From: Acholeplasma sp.
Lineage (GTDB): Bacteria; Bacillota_I; Bacilli_A; Acholeplasmatales; UBA5453
Length of the DNA stretch: 64,000 nt
Assembly (NCBI GenBank): GCA_036677365.1
Contig: JAVBWN010000012.1
Location: 148,478-212,477 of the forward strand
Reading direction: 5' to 3'
Below, piece after piece: positions 30,551 through 40,894 of the stretch (within the stretch, counting starts at the first letter, position 1; each line of letters begins with the position of its first letter). The position numbers and the translations under genes were made by a program. Below the pieces are notes generated by a model, which searched no databases, was not told the DNA's origin, and worked only from the letters and a program-made list of their open reading frames with translations.

Positions 30551-32317
30551 ATGAAAAAAGCTTGGATTGTAGTTTTAGTCTTATTATCCAGTTTGATGAT
30601 TACAAGCAAAGTCTTCGCACAAACCCATAAAATCCCTTATACCGAAGCCGATTATGCCCGCTTACACGCGGTCATTCAATACGTTGAAAACGTCTTAAAA
30701 TATGGTCATGAATACAATGAAGAGACCAAACTATTGCCAGACGCCATCAACACCTTAACCGGTGAACCTGCCAGATGGACCTTTCCAAACCGCGCAGAAG
30801 TGCCTTACGCCAACTTAGCCAACCAACAAAACTTCTTCAGAACCTTGGTGGCTTTAAGTAACGTGACAGGCAGTCCAAAATATAAAAATGAAGCGGTAGC
30901 GATGTTGGATGAATTCATGGATAATTACCAATCACCCAATGGTTTATTCCAATGGGGCGGACATAGAGCCATCAACTTAGATACCCTCGAAGTTCAAAGT
31001 TTCGAAGGTCCGAATGGGCCGCATGAACTTAAAAACATGATGCCTTATTATGAACTCATGTTGGAAGTCAATGAAGAAGCGACTTTGAAATTCATGAGAC
31101 AATTATGGACAGCGCATTTCTATTGGAGTTCGACCGACATGAACCGTCATGGCAGTTACTCTACCGCTTATGACGTCAATGTCTTTGGTCAAACGATTCC
31201 TGAGGATGTCATTCAGTTTGACAGCTTGGGTAATCCCATCATTCCAGCCGATTCCCCAGGGCTATTACCATTTGTCAACTCAGCGACCGATTTAGCCTAC
31301 GCTGCGTTCACTTTATCCAATCATACAGGCGACCCGATCCCAGCCGATTGGGCGAAGTATTTGATGAGACAATACAATTTAGCCAGCAACCCGATTACAG
31401 GGATGACGGTGTATCAATACAAGTCTACTTTGGTCACCAAATCCGCGATTGAATGTGCGGACCCAGCCTATACCAATTCTGGCTGTGGCGACCGTGTTGC
31501 CCGTCAGTTCAGGGATTTTGGACCTGTCGCAAGAGAAGCCAATGTCGCTTGGAAAAATACCCAAGCGGTGTATGTGGATAATATTTTAATGTTATTAGAA
31601 GCCGCCGACAAATACGGTGTTACTGAATTTGTCGATTGGGCAAGACAGTATATTGAAGGTTATTTAAAGTATGCGTACATTCGTGTTGATGGTAAGAATA
31701 TGATCATTCCAATGTTCATTGATGGCACCGTCACTTATGGGTATGTCGTTCCTGAGGTGGGTTATTTTGGACCATCACGTATGAGACTCGACTATGTTAG
31801 TATGCCAACGACTTATTTATTACCCATCTTAAGAACCATCTTACAAACCAAAGAAAGTGCTGACCAAGCCGTGTTATGGTCCTATTTTAGAGACATCGTG
31901 TACACCTTTGGTTTAGGTGACATCGGTGAACTCGGTGGCGCGAAGCCAAATCTCAACATCGATACATCGATCGATGACCCATACGCATTGATGGCGATGG
32001 TTGAATTGTATGATTACACCAAAAACCCAGCGTATTTAGAAGTAGCAAGAACGATTGGCAACAACATCGTCACCGAAAAATTCCATCGAGGATTCTTCGT
32101 CGAATCTGACATCATGTTATATAGCCGTTTAGACCAACCAGATACCTTAGCACTACTCACGCTAGACGCTGTAATCCGCGGAATTTCACTGTCCGATATG
32201 CCATTCTATTTGGCTGACAGTGGCTATATCCATGGGTACTTGTTATCCAACGATGGTGTCGTTGAAGACAGAAGTTATACACAAAATATGGTCTATACGA
32301 AGACCATATACGATTGA
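30551..32317 (+). CDS. PL2 pectate lyase (PelW/periplasmic pectate lyase family), secreted
   Basis: NLANQQNFFR, WGGH, HELK, DMNRHG, GDR..RQF motifs of PL2; signal peptide ending VFA. Confidence 0.88.
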   Translation: MKKAWIVVLVLLSSLMITSKVFAQTHKIPYTEADYARLHAVIQYVENVLKYGHEYNEETKLLPDAINTLTGEPARWTFPNRAEVPYANLANQQNFFRTLVALSNVTGSPKYKNEAVAMLDEFMDNYQSPNGLFQWGGHRAINLDTLEVQSFEGPNGPHELKNMMPYYELMLEVNEEATLKFMRQLWTAHFYWSSTDMNRHGSYSTAYDVNVFGQTIPEDVIQFDSLGNPIIPADSPGLLPFVNSATDLAYAAFTLSNHTGDPIPADWAKYLMRQYNLASNPITGMTVYQYKSTLVTKSAIECADPAYTNSGCGDRVARQFRDFGPVAREANVAWKNTQAVYVDNILMLLEAADKYGVTEFVDWARQYIEGYLKYAYIRVDGKNMIIPMFIDGTVTYGYVVPEVGYFGPSRMRLDYVSMPTTYLLPILRTILQTKESADQAVLWSYFRDIVYTFGLGDIGELGGAKPNLNIDTSIDDPYALMAMVELYDYTKNPAYLEVARTIGNNIVTEKFHRGFFVESDIMLYSRLDQPDTLALLTLDAVIRGISLSDMPFYLADSGYIHGYLLSNDGVVEDRSYTQNMVYTKTIYD

Positions 32318-32330
32318 GAGGTAACCCCAC

Positions 32331-32792
32331 ATGAAAAAACTATTTTTAATGATCATGGTCATGGTATTTGGGTTGTCTTTGATCGGTTGTCAAGACCAAA
32401 AACCCACCAATGAAGATGTGGTTGTGGATGATACTTATATTCTATTGATGGAAGCTGAAGACTTATCTGGCATGGCATCGAAGACCAAAGTGGTCATCAC
32501 TGTTGATGGCAGTTTGAATTTACCAACCACGTATAAAGGTGTGAGTATCACCTATACATCGCGTTTACCTGAAATCATCAGCAACGAAGGTGTGGTCAGT
32601 AGACCCAACACCTGTTGGATTGAATCGAGAGATCAACAAGGCATCCCAAGACAAGATTTGGTCGGCTTGAATGACAACTGGCCAGTGGTACTCGATGTCA
32701 CACTCACATTGAATGGTCAAACCAGAACAGCGAAATTGCTGTTTGTTGTGGCCCCAAGAGAAGGTTTCACCTGCAACAATTACAAAGGTTAA
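32331..32792 (+). CDS. Small lipoprotein with Ig-like domain
   Basis: Lipobox LIGC; LNLPT...GVSITY.S..P.IIS.EG.V.RP Ig-like pattern. Confidence 0.6.
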   Translation: MKKLFLMIMVMVFGLSLIGCQDQKPTNEDVVVDDTYILLMEAEDLSGMASKTKVVITVDGSLNLPTTYKGVSITYTSRLPEIISNEGVVSRPNTCWIESRDQQGIPRQDLVGLNDNWPVVLDVTLTLNGQTRTAKLLFVVAPREGFTCNNYKG

Positions 32793-32808
32793 TTAAAAGG
32801 GAGGAAAT

Positions 32809-35800
32809 ATGAAAAAAATCATCAGTCTAATCGCAATCATGACCTTGGGTTTCATTTTGATGGCATGTACGACAACCAAGTACACCGTCACATTTGAATC
32901 CAATGGTGGGAGTGCTGTTACCGCAATCGAAGTTGAAAGTGGTAAAACATTCACCGCACCCGCCGTACCCACACGCAGTGGTTACGCGTTTGATGGGTGG
33001 TTCAAGGAGGCAGCCTTAACCAACCCATGGGTATTTGAAACAGATGTCGTTACTGGCAACATCACATTGTATGCCAAATGGTCAGTCACCGATCAAGCTT
33101 ATGTCGATCAAGTATTTGAATGGTTGACTTTAGGCAACATCACCGGACTCACCAACTTGTCTCCAAGATTGATTTTCCCTACCAATAGAGATGGTGTTTC
33201 CATCACGTGGTCGATTGATAAACCAACCTACATTCAAGCCAACGGTTTAATCAATCAACCGACATTTGAAGAAGGGGATCAAACCGTTACCTTGACGGCT
33301 ACTTTAACCAGAGGTAGCGTCACCAGAACCAAAACATTTACCGCAACCGTACTCAAGTTAGCGAGCATCGAAGATACCCCTCCAATCATTGAAGAAGACT
33401 TTAAGTCCTATACCAATGGGAATATCCTAGGTCAAACAGGATTGTGGGCACCGGTATCAGGTAAAGCAGGAAACTCACTATTTACCGTCATTTCATCGTT
33501 AACCCCAGCGATTCCAAACGGATCGAATGCATTAAAGATTGAAGCGTTGACAGAACTTCAAATTGAAGGGTCCATCGCGCACAGTTACGATGTCTTGGTA
33601 TTTGAAGTAGACCTATTACAATCTTCTACTTCAAACGCTTCTGCCATCAACATTCAATCCTCATCATCGAGCCCAGTGGTAGCGTTTGGGTTAGACGGCG
33701 CGTCTTTATTCTATCGTACCGATAACGGCACATTGATGAAGACCGCAATCAACATCAACCAGTGGTACACCATGCGTGTGGAAGTGGATCTTGTCAATAA
33801 GACCATAGAAGCCTTCTATTATGAAGCTGGACAACTCGTATCCTTAACCCCAGGTAAAGTATCGTATACAGGCACAACGCCATTCCAAAGCGTGTTCATC
33901 CGTAGTGGTAGTTCAACCACACTCACACTCAGAGAACCTGCCTACATCACGAACTTAGTTGTCAACCGTATTGAAGCGTTACCACGTCCGGTTGAAGTGA
34001 TCAAATTAGGTCAAGTGACCGACATCCGTTCTACGGTCTCAATCGAAGAAGGTTCTACATTTACGCTAGATATCCCTAAAGTATATAACTACTTTGGTAC
34101 ACAACAACTCTTGGTTAAAGATACCGATTATACGTTAGTGATCGATAACCCAGTGAATACAACTGTACCAGGTGATTATGTCGTCACATACACATTTACC
34201 AACAGTGCGAATGCCTCTGACATTAAAGTGGTCACACAAAATGTCAATGTGTATTCCGCCGCTGAACCGAATGAAATCAGCAGTGTCGTTTCAACGCAAG
34301 CGGGTTACCTTGAAAAGCAATCGGATATTACCATTACCGTGGTTCAACCATCTGGTACACTTTATTATTTACTCAGCAACAATGAAACCGAAACCAAAGC
34401 TTCCATCATGGCTGGTGTATCGCAAGTGATCACCGCACAAAGCATTCTATTGGATGATTTGAATGTAGCATCGTTTGCTTACATCCATGTCTTTGTCGAT
34501 TTGAATGGCGATTCGAATATCGTAAGCCATATGATTTTAAGAGAAGCCGTCACTGAAATCACATCGGTGTCTCAATTCGTTTCGATTTTCTCAACCACAG
34601 CCGCCGATATTACAACCAGTTACGCACTTAGGACAGATATCGATTTAACTGGCATTGTATGGGCTGATGGCAATACATCCTTTAAAGCTAAATTTTATGG
34701 TAATGGACATGTCATTTCTAATTTATCCATGACCAAGACAGGCACCAACTATGGTGGTTTATTTGCGAGAATCAATGGTGGTATGGTCAGAGACCTCGTC
34801 TTAGACAACATCCACGTGACCTCAGCAGACCGTGGTGGTATTTTGGTCGGTCGTGTTGAAAATGGGAACTCATCCATTACAAACGTCGTCATCATGAATT
34901 CATCCATCACCGCAGCAAATTCAAACGGTGTGGGTGGACTCATCGGTTTAGTTTCCAGAGAAACGATTTTAAGCAATATTACCTTATTAGACTCTGATGT
35001 CATCGCAACCGGTGTTAAAAACGTCGGTGGCGTGGTTGGTAGAGTTGATGGTGCCGCGTTGATTGCTTCTGATATTTATGTTCGCGGTGTCATGGTGAAA
35101 TCCAATGTCATCGATGCCTTAGACATCGCAGCCGGTGCCTTTGTCGGTTATGTCAGAGACTCCGTCGCTTCTGTAGTTACAGCAAACCGTATCGTCATCA
35201 TCGATACTGTGGTGGACGCTCAAATCGCTGGTGGGTTCATCGGTTATTTACGTAACCCTGGTTCCGCAACCGCTCAAAACGTGTACTTGGATGTCGATTT
35301 CATCCATCCAACTAAAGTCGCTGCTGGTTTAGTCGGTAGAGTCAACAACGAAACCGATAAACTCAATACCACCAGTATCTTTGGTGTACTCACCGGTTCA
35401 GTCGAACACGTTCAAGCACAAGCATTCGTGAACACCACAGTGCCAACAAACTTGGCATGGTGGACTACCAATTTACCAGTATTTACCACCAATGAATTAT
35501 GGACACTCGATAGCAATCAAATCTTCGCACTCGATAACTATATTGAAAACAGTGCACCGATGTTGGCTGTTGACTTGGTCTATAACATCACGCTAGATAA
35601 CGAACAAATTCAAATTCGTCAAGGTGGAGCCTTTGAACATATTGCCCCTCACGTCGGTGGTTATCAGTTTGTGGGCTGGTTCCTAGATCAAGCGTTGACC
35701 CAAGCATTACCAGAAGGGTATGTGGTTTCTGCTGCAGTTACCCTATATGGAAAATACGAAACCGTACCTGCTTCACAAGTCACCTTCGTGACGAATGTCG

Positions 35801-37167
35801 AAGGATTAACTGTCCCGATGCAAGAAGTGAACTATGGTCAACTCGCCACCTTACCTGTGGTTGCCAATCAAATGATTGAGGGTGTGTTAAAAGAAGTGGT
35901 TGGTTGGACATTGAATGGTCAACCATTTGACTTCTCAACCCCAATTTTAGGTAACACGGAATTGGTTGCAGTATGGTCTACGGTTGAAATGACTGTCACA
36001 TTCAATGGTGGAAACGCCGTGACTGTTTTATACGGTGAACTTGTCGCAGCACCATCTGAAAACCCAACACACTATTTCGAAGAAGTTACCTTCAAAGAAT
36101 GGCAACTTTCAGGGGTAGCCTTTGATTTCAATACCCCAATTACTGCAAACATCAACCTGGTAGGTACATTCAATACACCTGCATCGATTTCAATAGATAC
36201 GGTAGAAGAGTTCCATTATATGGCAACCGTTGAATCCACCTACAATTATGTTTTATCCACGAATTTGGATTTCGCAGCATTCACTTGGACATACGTCAAT
36301 ACATCCTTTAAAGGTACATTCGATGGCCAAGGACATACCATCTCGAATATTTCAATGACCGGTTTAACTGGTTATGCAGGCGTATTCCCTAGAGCCAATG
36401 GCGCAACCATTTCAAACTTAGTACTAGACAACATCACCATCGCGACCACCGCACGTGCCGGTGTCTTGGTGGGTAGAATTGAAAACAACGGTTCCACCAT
36501 TGAAAACATCGTTGTTAAAAATTCAAGTGTATCTGGTGCAGACTCCAATGGTGTCGGTGGTTTGGTCGGTCAAATTTCCAAATCATCCAATATTTTCAAT
36601 GTCGCAGTCATCAACACCAACGTCACCAATAATGTGGTGAACGTGGGTGGTTTGGTGGGTAGAATCGATGGTGGCGCACTCGTCATCGCTGATGATATCT
36701 TCATTTCAAATGTCACGGTTAAATCCAACAGTGCCAACACCTCAGACGTCGCCGCTTCCGCACTTGTTGGCTATATCGCCAACGTCGCTGATTCCGTATT
36801 CTCTGGTGTACGTATTGTCGTTTTAGATACCACAGTGGATGGCAATGTCGCGGCTGCATTCGTCGGTTATAACCGCTATCCAGGTACCGCTAACTTGATG
36901 GATGCTTACTTTGAAGTGACATTTGTCAACAACGAACGTTCCGGTTTAATCGGATACAACCGTGATCAAGTGACACCACTCGATCAATCCAGTATTTTTG
37001 GTAGCTTCACCAACGATACCCCGCATTCAAACGCACTCGCATTAACCAACAGTGCAGTACCTGCGGACGCCGCTTGGTGGACAACCAATCTCAACAATAT
37101 CGCGACCTCATCCTTATGGGTCATCAACCCAGATGGTTCAGCAACCCTCGCATTATTGGTAGATTAA
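32809..37167 (+). CDS. 1452-aa lipoprotein: InlB B-repeats, Ig-like, lectin-like and two GLUG/beta-helix regions
   Basis: Lipobox LMAC; LYAKW repeat; duplicated 'F.G.GH.ISN...NGVGGL.G...WWTTNL' units. Confidence 0.75.
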   Translation: MKKIISLIAIMTLGFILMACTTTKYTVTFESNGGSAVTAIEVESGKTFTAPAVPTRSGYAFDGWFKEAALTNPWVFETDVVTGNITLYAKWSVTDQAYVDQVFEWLTLGNITGLTNLSPRLIFPTNRDGVSITWSIDKPTYIQANGLINQPTFEEGDQTVTLTATLTRGSVTRTKTFTATVLKLASIEDTPPIIEEDFKSYTNGNILGQTGLWAPVSGKAGNSLFTVISSLTPAIPNGSNALKIEALTELQIEGSIAHSYDVLVFEVDLLQSSTSNASAINIQSSSSSPVVAFGLDGASLFYRTDNGTLMKTAININQWYTMRVEVDLVNKTIEAFYYEAGQLVSLTPGKVSYTGTTPFQSVFIRSGSSTTLTLREPAYITNLVVNRIEALPRPVEVIKLGQVTDIRSTVSIEEGSTFTLDIPKVYNYFGTQQLLVKDTDYTLVIDNPVNTTVPGDYVVTYTFTNSANASDIKVVTQNVNVYSAAEPNEISSVVSTQAGYLEKQSDITITVVQPSGTLYYLLSNNETETKASIMAGVSQVITAQSILLDDLNVASFAYIHVFVDLNGDSNIVSHMILREAVTEITSVSQFVSIFSTTAADITTSYALRTDIDLTGIVWADGNTSFKAKFYGNGHVISNLSMTKTGTNYGGLFARINGGMVRDLVLDNIHVTSADRGGILVGRVENGNSSITNVVIMNSSITAANSNGVGGLIGLVSRETILSNITLLDSDVIATGVKNVGGVVGRVDGAALIASDIYVRGVMVKSNVIDALDIAAGAFVGYVRDSVASVVTANRIVIIDTVVDAQIAGGFIGYLRNPGSATAQNVYLDVDFIHPTKVAAGLVGRVNNETDKLNTTSIFGVLTGSVEHVQAQAFVNTTVPTNLAWWTTNLPVFTTNELWTLDSNQIFALDNYIENSAPMLAVDLVYNITLDNEQIQIRQGGAFEHIAPHVGGYQFVGWFLDQALTQALPEGYVVSAAVTLYGKYETVPASQVTFVTNVEGLTVPMQEVNYGQLATLPVVANQMIEGVLKEVVGWTLNGQPFDFSTPILGNTELVAVWSTVEMTVTFNGGNAVTVLYGELVAAPSENPTHYFEEVTFKEWQLSGVAFDFNTPITANINLVGTFNTPASISIDTVEEFHYMATVESTYNYVLSTNLDFAAFTWTYVNTSFKGTFDGQGHTISNISMTGLTGYAGVFPRANGATISNLVLDNITIATTARAGVLVGRIENNGSTIENIVVKNSSVSGADSNGVGGLVGQISKSSNIFNVAVINTNVTNNVVNVGGLVGRIDGGALVIADDIFISNVTVKSNSANTSDVAASALVGYIANVADSVFSGVRIVVLDTTVDGNVAAAFVGYNRYPGTANLMDAYFEVTFVNNERSGLIGYNRDQVTPLDQSSIFGSFTNDTPHSNALALTNSAVPADAAWWTTNLNNIATSSLWVINPDGSATLALLVD

Positions 37168-37186
37168 TCAAATATTAATAGTCATA

Positions 37187-37230
37187 AAACCCTTGAAATG
37201 GATCATCCAAATCAAGGGTTTTCTTTTTTA
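37187..37230 (+). terminator. Rho-independent terminator of the pectin operon
   Basis: AAAACCCTTGA...TCAAGGGTTTT plus T tract. Confidence 0.8.
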
Positions 37231-37281
37231 TATTTAATTAAAAAATTACTTGATGTATAATGTTAATGATGGAGGTACGCT

Positions 37282-37635
37282 ATGAAAAAATATGATTACC
37301 TATTTGGCTATTACGGCAGTGTAGGATTGTTGATTGCTTTGAATAATAACTTTTGGTACACGATTGGTAAAATAGGTCATTGGATGGACAATGGGGTATC
37401 GTTATTATTCATCTACCTTTTGATTTCAATTTGGATCACCAGATCACAATATAAAAATGGCTATTTTGAACGAAAAAACGCCTTCAAAACGGCTTTATGG
37501 TTTGGTATACCTGCCATAGCATTATTGATTATGACGATCATCAGTGGTTTTGATATCCTCAGTTTTGGATTTTATTTCATGGGGGCTTTGTTTTTACTTG
37601 CGATTAATTATCTAATTGCTGGATTACTTAAGTAG
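37282..37635 (+). CDS. Small 4-TM membrane protein, paralog 1
   Basis: RBS GGAGG; hydrophobic; similar to the next two ORFs (G9, S13, W25, FGIP). Confidence 0.75.
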   Translation: MKKYDYLFGYYGSVGLLIALNNNFWYTIGKIGHWMDNGVSLLFIYLLISIWITRSQYKNGYFERKNAFKTALWFGIPAIALLIMTIISGFDILSFGFYFMGALFLLAINYLIAGLLK

Positions 37636-37645
37636 AGGTGCATCT

Positions 37646-37999
37646 ATGAAAAAAATACTGTTTCAAACCGGCTATTATATATCGCTTGTCATGACGATGG
37701 TTTTGTATACCCAATATTGGTTTTATGTAGGTAAATTTGGTCAATGGTTGTTTGACGCTTCATTGTTTCTCATCGCCTATATGATGGTTTCGGTGTTGCT
37801 TACAAGAAAAAATCATCTAGAAAAGAAATACGATAAACAAACTGCCACAAATTTATCTTTATTGTTTGGGATACCCATGGTATTTTTCGTATTCATTTGG
37901 TTACAAACCGGCACATTATTGGCAAGTTATACATTCCTCTACATCTTGGGGTTAGGCATCCTGAATATCATTTATTTGGTTGCGAGTGCTATAAAATAA
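37646..37999 (+). CDS. Small 4-TM membrane protein, paralog 2
   Basis: RBS GAGGTG; MKKILFQTGYYIS...W25...LFGIP. Confidence 0.75.
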   Translation: MKKILFQTGYYISLVMTMVLYTQYWFYVGKFGQWLFDASLFLIAYMMVSVLLTRKNHLEKKYDKQTATNLSLLFGIPMVFFVFIWLQTGTLLASYTFLYILGLGILNIIYLVASAIK

Positions 38000-38010
38000 A
38001 AAGGTATAAC

Positions 38011-38400
38011 ATGAGAAAAAAATTATTCAAGTTAGGCTTTATACTATCATTATCACTATCCATCGCTATATTCGTACATCATTAGATCATTTATTTCATC
38101 ACAGAACGACACAACCATTTCATCGGTAGTATTTTATTACTTGTCGTTACTGGAATCAACGCCTTGATGGGTCATTATGAGATTAAGGAAAACAGCTATG
38201 ATACAGCTGTCGCCATTAAAATCGCTTTATTATACATTCCGCCCATCGGTGTACTCATATTTATATGGTATTGGTTGGCGCAAACAGGCACAATCTTCTA
38301 TTACACCTATACGTTTGTGATGTTTATTACAATCTTGATCTATACGATTGCTGCAGTATTACCACAAGCCAATCCAAAGAAAAAATCCCTACATCGATAG
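38011..38400 (+). pseudogene. Small membrane protein, paralog 3, interrupted by an in-frame TAG at codon 25
   Basis: ATG 38011 with RBS AAGG; TAG at 38083-38085 aligns to W25 of both paralogs; the frame continues to 38400. Confidence 0.75.
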
Positions 38401-38426
38401 GGATTTTCTCTTATTCAAGGGTGATA

Positions 38427-40481
38427 TTATCTAAATTGGATGAGGTATACAGCGGTATTCGCTAAAGCAACCAAGGTGAAGAATGCGGTTGTGAAGAATA
38501 CGGATGCCCAAACGTTACCAGTCTTTTCATTGAAACGACGGATGACAATACCAGCCACGGTTAATGTAGGCACGATACCAACCAATAGGATAGAAGACAA
38601 TGAGAAGGTTGGGAATGCGGCTACGCCAGTGTTGTATAACACGAAGTATTGATAAACCAAGAAGAATAATACCGGACCAACCAATAAGAATGCAGCGAGT
38701 ACATCGGCTTTCCAAGCTTTCATACCCTTGGTATTGACGAAGATTGTGATAGCAGATGCCAAGTAATAAATGAAGAATAATGGCATATATCTGAGTGCTG
38801 CAACAAATTGTTGGCTATTGAAAATCTTAATCGCGTAAGCGTATAGTCTAAAGTCTGTTAAGAAAATCCATTCCATCAATCCAACGACTAAGAATAAACC
38901 TAATGCCAATACGATGGCTGTTAATAAGGAAGCGCCGACTTGAATCCAAGAAGCTTTCAAACCATAAGGGTTTTCCACATTAAGACCTGCATTGAATACT
39001 GGGGTTGTACCAAATACGATTAAGAAAGTTAAACCAGCCGCAGCCACTGCCCAATACGCGATGGTATTGATCGAAGGCGCACTCCAATAGGTTGCTTTGG
39101 TAATGATGGTTGGGTTTAATAAGAACCAACGGAATGCTAAAGCAACGAAAATCACGATTGCTGCACCTAAAGTCACCTTTTGTGCCACTTTAACGGATTC
39201 TGGTTTAGCCATAGACATCAACCAAGCACCGATGATCACAACGAATGTACCACCAACGATGTAATGCATGGTCTTCGCCAATAAGCCAAGACCTGCCACT
39301 TGACGGTCCATGAAAATATTAAGATAGAAAGCACCGAGTAATGCTGCCAACAAGACCACGATGAACTTCAAAGCCTTCAAGTTATGGTTCAATTCAACTT
39401 GAGGTTGAGCTTTGATTTCTGCATAGACTTTATTGAATACTTTCACTTGAGTGAGTAATAGGAACGCTGGGCAAATCATTAAGAATAAAGCGACTAAGGA
39501 AATCGATGTGAAGACTTCTTTTAACCACCATACTTGACCCGTCTTGATTTCAATGCCGTAAGAGGTTAATGAACCCAAATCAGCATGTTGTCCAAGTTGG
39601 AATGCGAAGGCATCGTTGAAGAAATCAACCATGTTTTCACCAGTCTTCAATGACCAGTGGTTTTGAGGGTGGGTTTCATCTGGTGTATAAATGATTCTTT
39701 GTCCGCCGTCTCTGTCATACCAAACAGACGCTTCAGCATTGCCTTCATCGTCTCTACCTAAGAATTTCAAACCGACAGGGTCTTTCACGAAATCTTTGTA
39801 ACGAACAGAACCGTTAGCGGATGCTGTAACGTTATCAAAGAAGAATTGGTCCCAATGCGCAGCGATGACACCGGCAGAACGTGGGCCAAAATAAGTTTCA
39901 GGGTTAGCGACACCAATGTATCTAAAGTCTGCACCGACAGGTAGTGCAGCAGCAATCTTACGATAACCATTGGTTGCGAAATCTATTTCATCAAATACGA
40001 CGGCGTAAGTGGATGAGAAACCACCCATGGAGTGACCGCTAACGCCGATCATACCATCCCCGTTAGCTGCCTTTAAAACATAATCTTGATCATACATGTA
40101 TTGAACTGCATCGTATACGGATCTTGGGAAGAAGCTGAATGCAGCAGGGGTTTCCCAAGTCGAATCACCATGGTCATACATATCAAAAGCAAGGACAACA
40201 AAACCTCTTCTGGATAATTCAATCGCACCGATCATTTGCATTTCGGCGTTATTGAGGTACCCGTGTGTGAGAACAACCGCAGGTGCTGGGTTATTTGCAT
40301 CTACACCTCTAGGTATGTATAGATAACCCGATAACGTACCGCGTTCGGTTTCAAAACTGATCTTGTCAACTTTGACTGAGAAGAATGAGTTTTGAACCGT
40401 TGAAGCGAAAAAGCTTGATACCAATACGACGAGTAAAAGTATCACCAACCATTTGGTCGGCTTAGACATTTTTTGTAACAT
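38427..40481 (-). CDS. Membrane-anchored alpha/beta hydrolase with multi-TM C-terminal domain
   Basis: N-terminal TM, HGY, DMYDHG, GHSMGG nucleophile elbow, many C-terminal TM helices. Confidence 0.85.
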   Translation of the reverse strand: MLQKMSKPTKWLVILLLVVLVSSFFASTVQNSFFSVKVDKISFETERGTLSGYLYIPRGVDANNPAPAVVLTHGYLNNAEMQMIGAIELSRRGFVVLAFDMYDHGDSTWETPAAFSFFPRSVYDAVQYMYDQDYVLKAANGDGMIGVSGHSMGGFSSTYAVVFDEIDFATNGYRKIAAALPVGADFRYIGVANPETYFGPRSAGVIAAHWDQFFFDNVTASANGSVRYKDFVKDPVGLKFLGRDDEGNAEASVWYDRDGGQRIIYTPDETHPQNHWSLKTGENMVDFFNDAFAFQLGQHADLGSLTSYGIEIKTGQVWWLKEVFTSISLVALFLMICPAFLLLTQVKVFNKVYAEIKAQPQVELNHNLKALKFIVVLLAALLGAFYLNIFMDRQVAGLGLLAKTMHYIVGGTFVVIIGAWLMSMAKPESVKVAQKVTLGAAIVIFVALAFRWFLLNPTIITKATYWSAPSINTIAYWAVAAAGLTFLIVFGTTPVFNAGLNVENPYGLKASWIQVGASLLTAIVLALGLFLVVGLMEWIFLTDFRLYAYAIKIFNSQQFVAALRYMPLFFIYYLASAITIFVNTKGMKAWKADVLAAFLLVGPVLFFLVYQYFVLYNTGVAAFPTFSLSSILLVGIVPTLTVAGIVIRRFNEKTGNVWASVFFTTAFFTLVALANTAVYLIQFR

Positions 40482-40529
40482 CTTTTCTCTCCCTTTTCTG
40501 TTTGATTTTTGTAATTTCAGCCCCTATAA

Positions 40530-40651
40530 AAATATAAAAAGAACGACACCTATAAAATCACTTTCGTGAAATATGGCCTCCGCTCTTGGTCTCTAAGCGC
40601 TTACATTACGTTGTCAAAGAAATTATAACACCGAGCCATGAACACTGTCAA
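40530..40651 (-). promoter_or_regulatory. Promoter plus attenuator leader of the hydrolase gene (GlpP-type)
   Basis: TTGACA-18-TATAAT (40651-40622); cre-like TGTAAGCGCTTAGA; AGAGACCAAGAG overlapping a hairpin (AAGAGCG/CGTTCTT, inner TCAC-GAAA-GTGA) plus U tract. Confidence 0.6.
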
Positions 40652-40758
40652 TACGTGAAATGCGGATTGTGTTTGAATATAAAAGGAATAAAGGAAATCC
40701 CCTAATAAGGGGAAAAAGTGTGTATTTTCCGATTGTATCAAAAGTCTTGTGATAAGCC

Positions 40759-40875
40759 TTGACAGTCATGCCTTCAAACATTATAATTAAAGTAGAATTT
40801 AAGAGCGCAAGAGTTGAGAGCAAAGTCATATAAAATGCATATTTTAGAGCGTTTTGATTTTGCTATTTATTTTCT
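40759..40875 (+). promoter_or_regulatory. glpP promoter and leader hairpin
   Basis: Consensus TTGACA-17-TATAAT (40759-40787); AGAGCGCAAGAG followed by an AGCAAAGTCA/TGATTTTGCT stem and T-rich tail. Confidence 0.65.
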
Positions 40876-40894
40876 ATAAGGGTGTGATTTTCAT

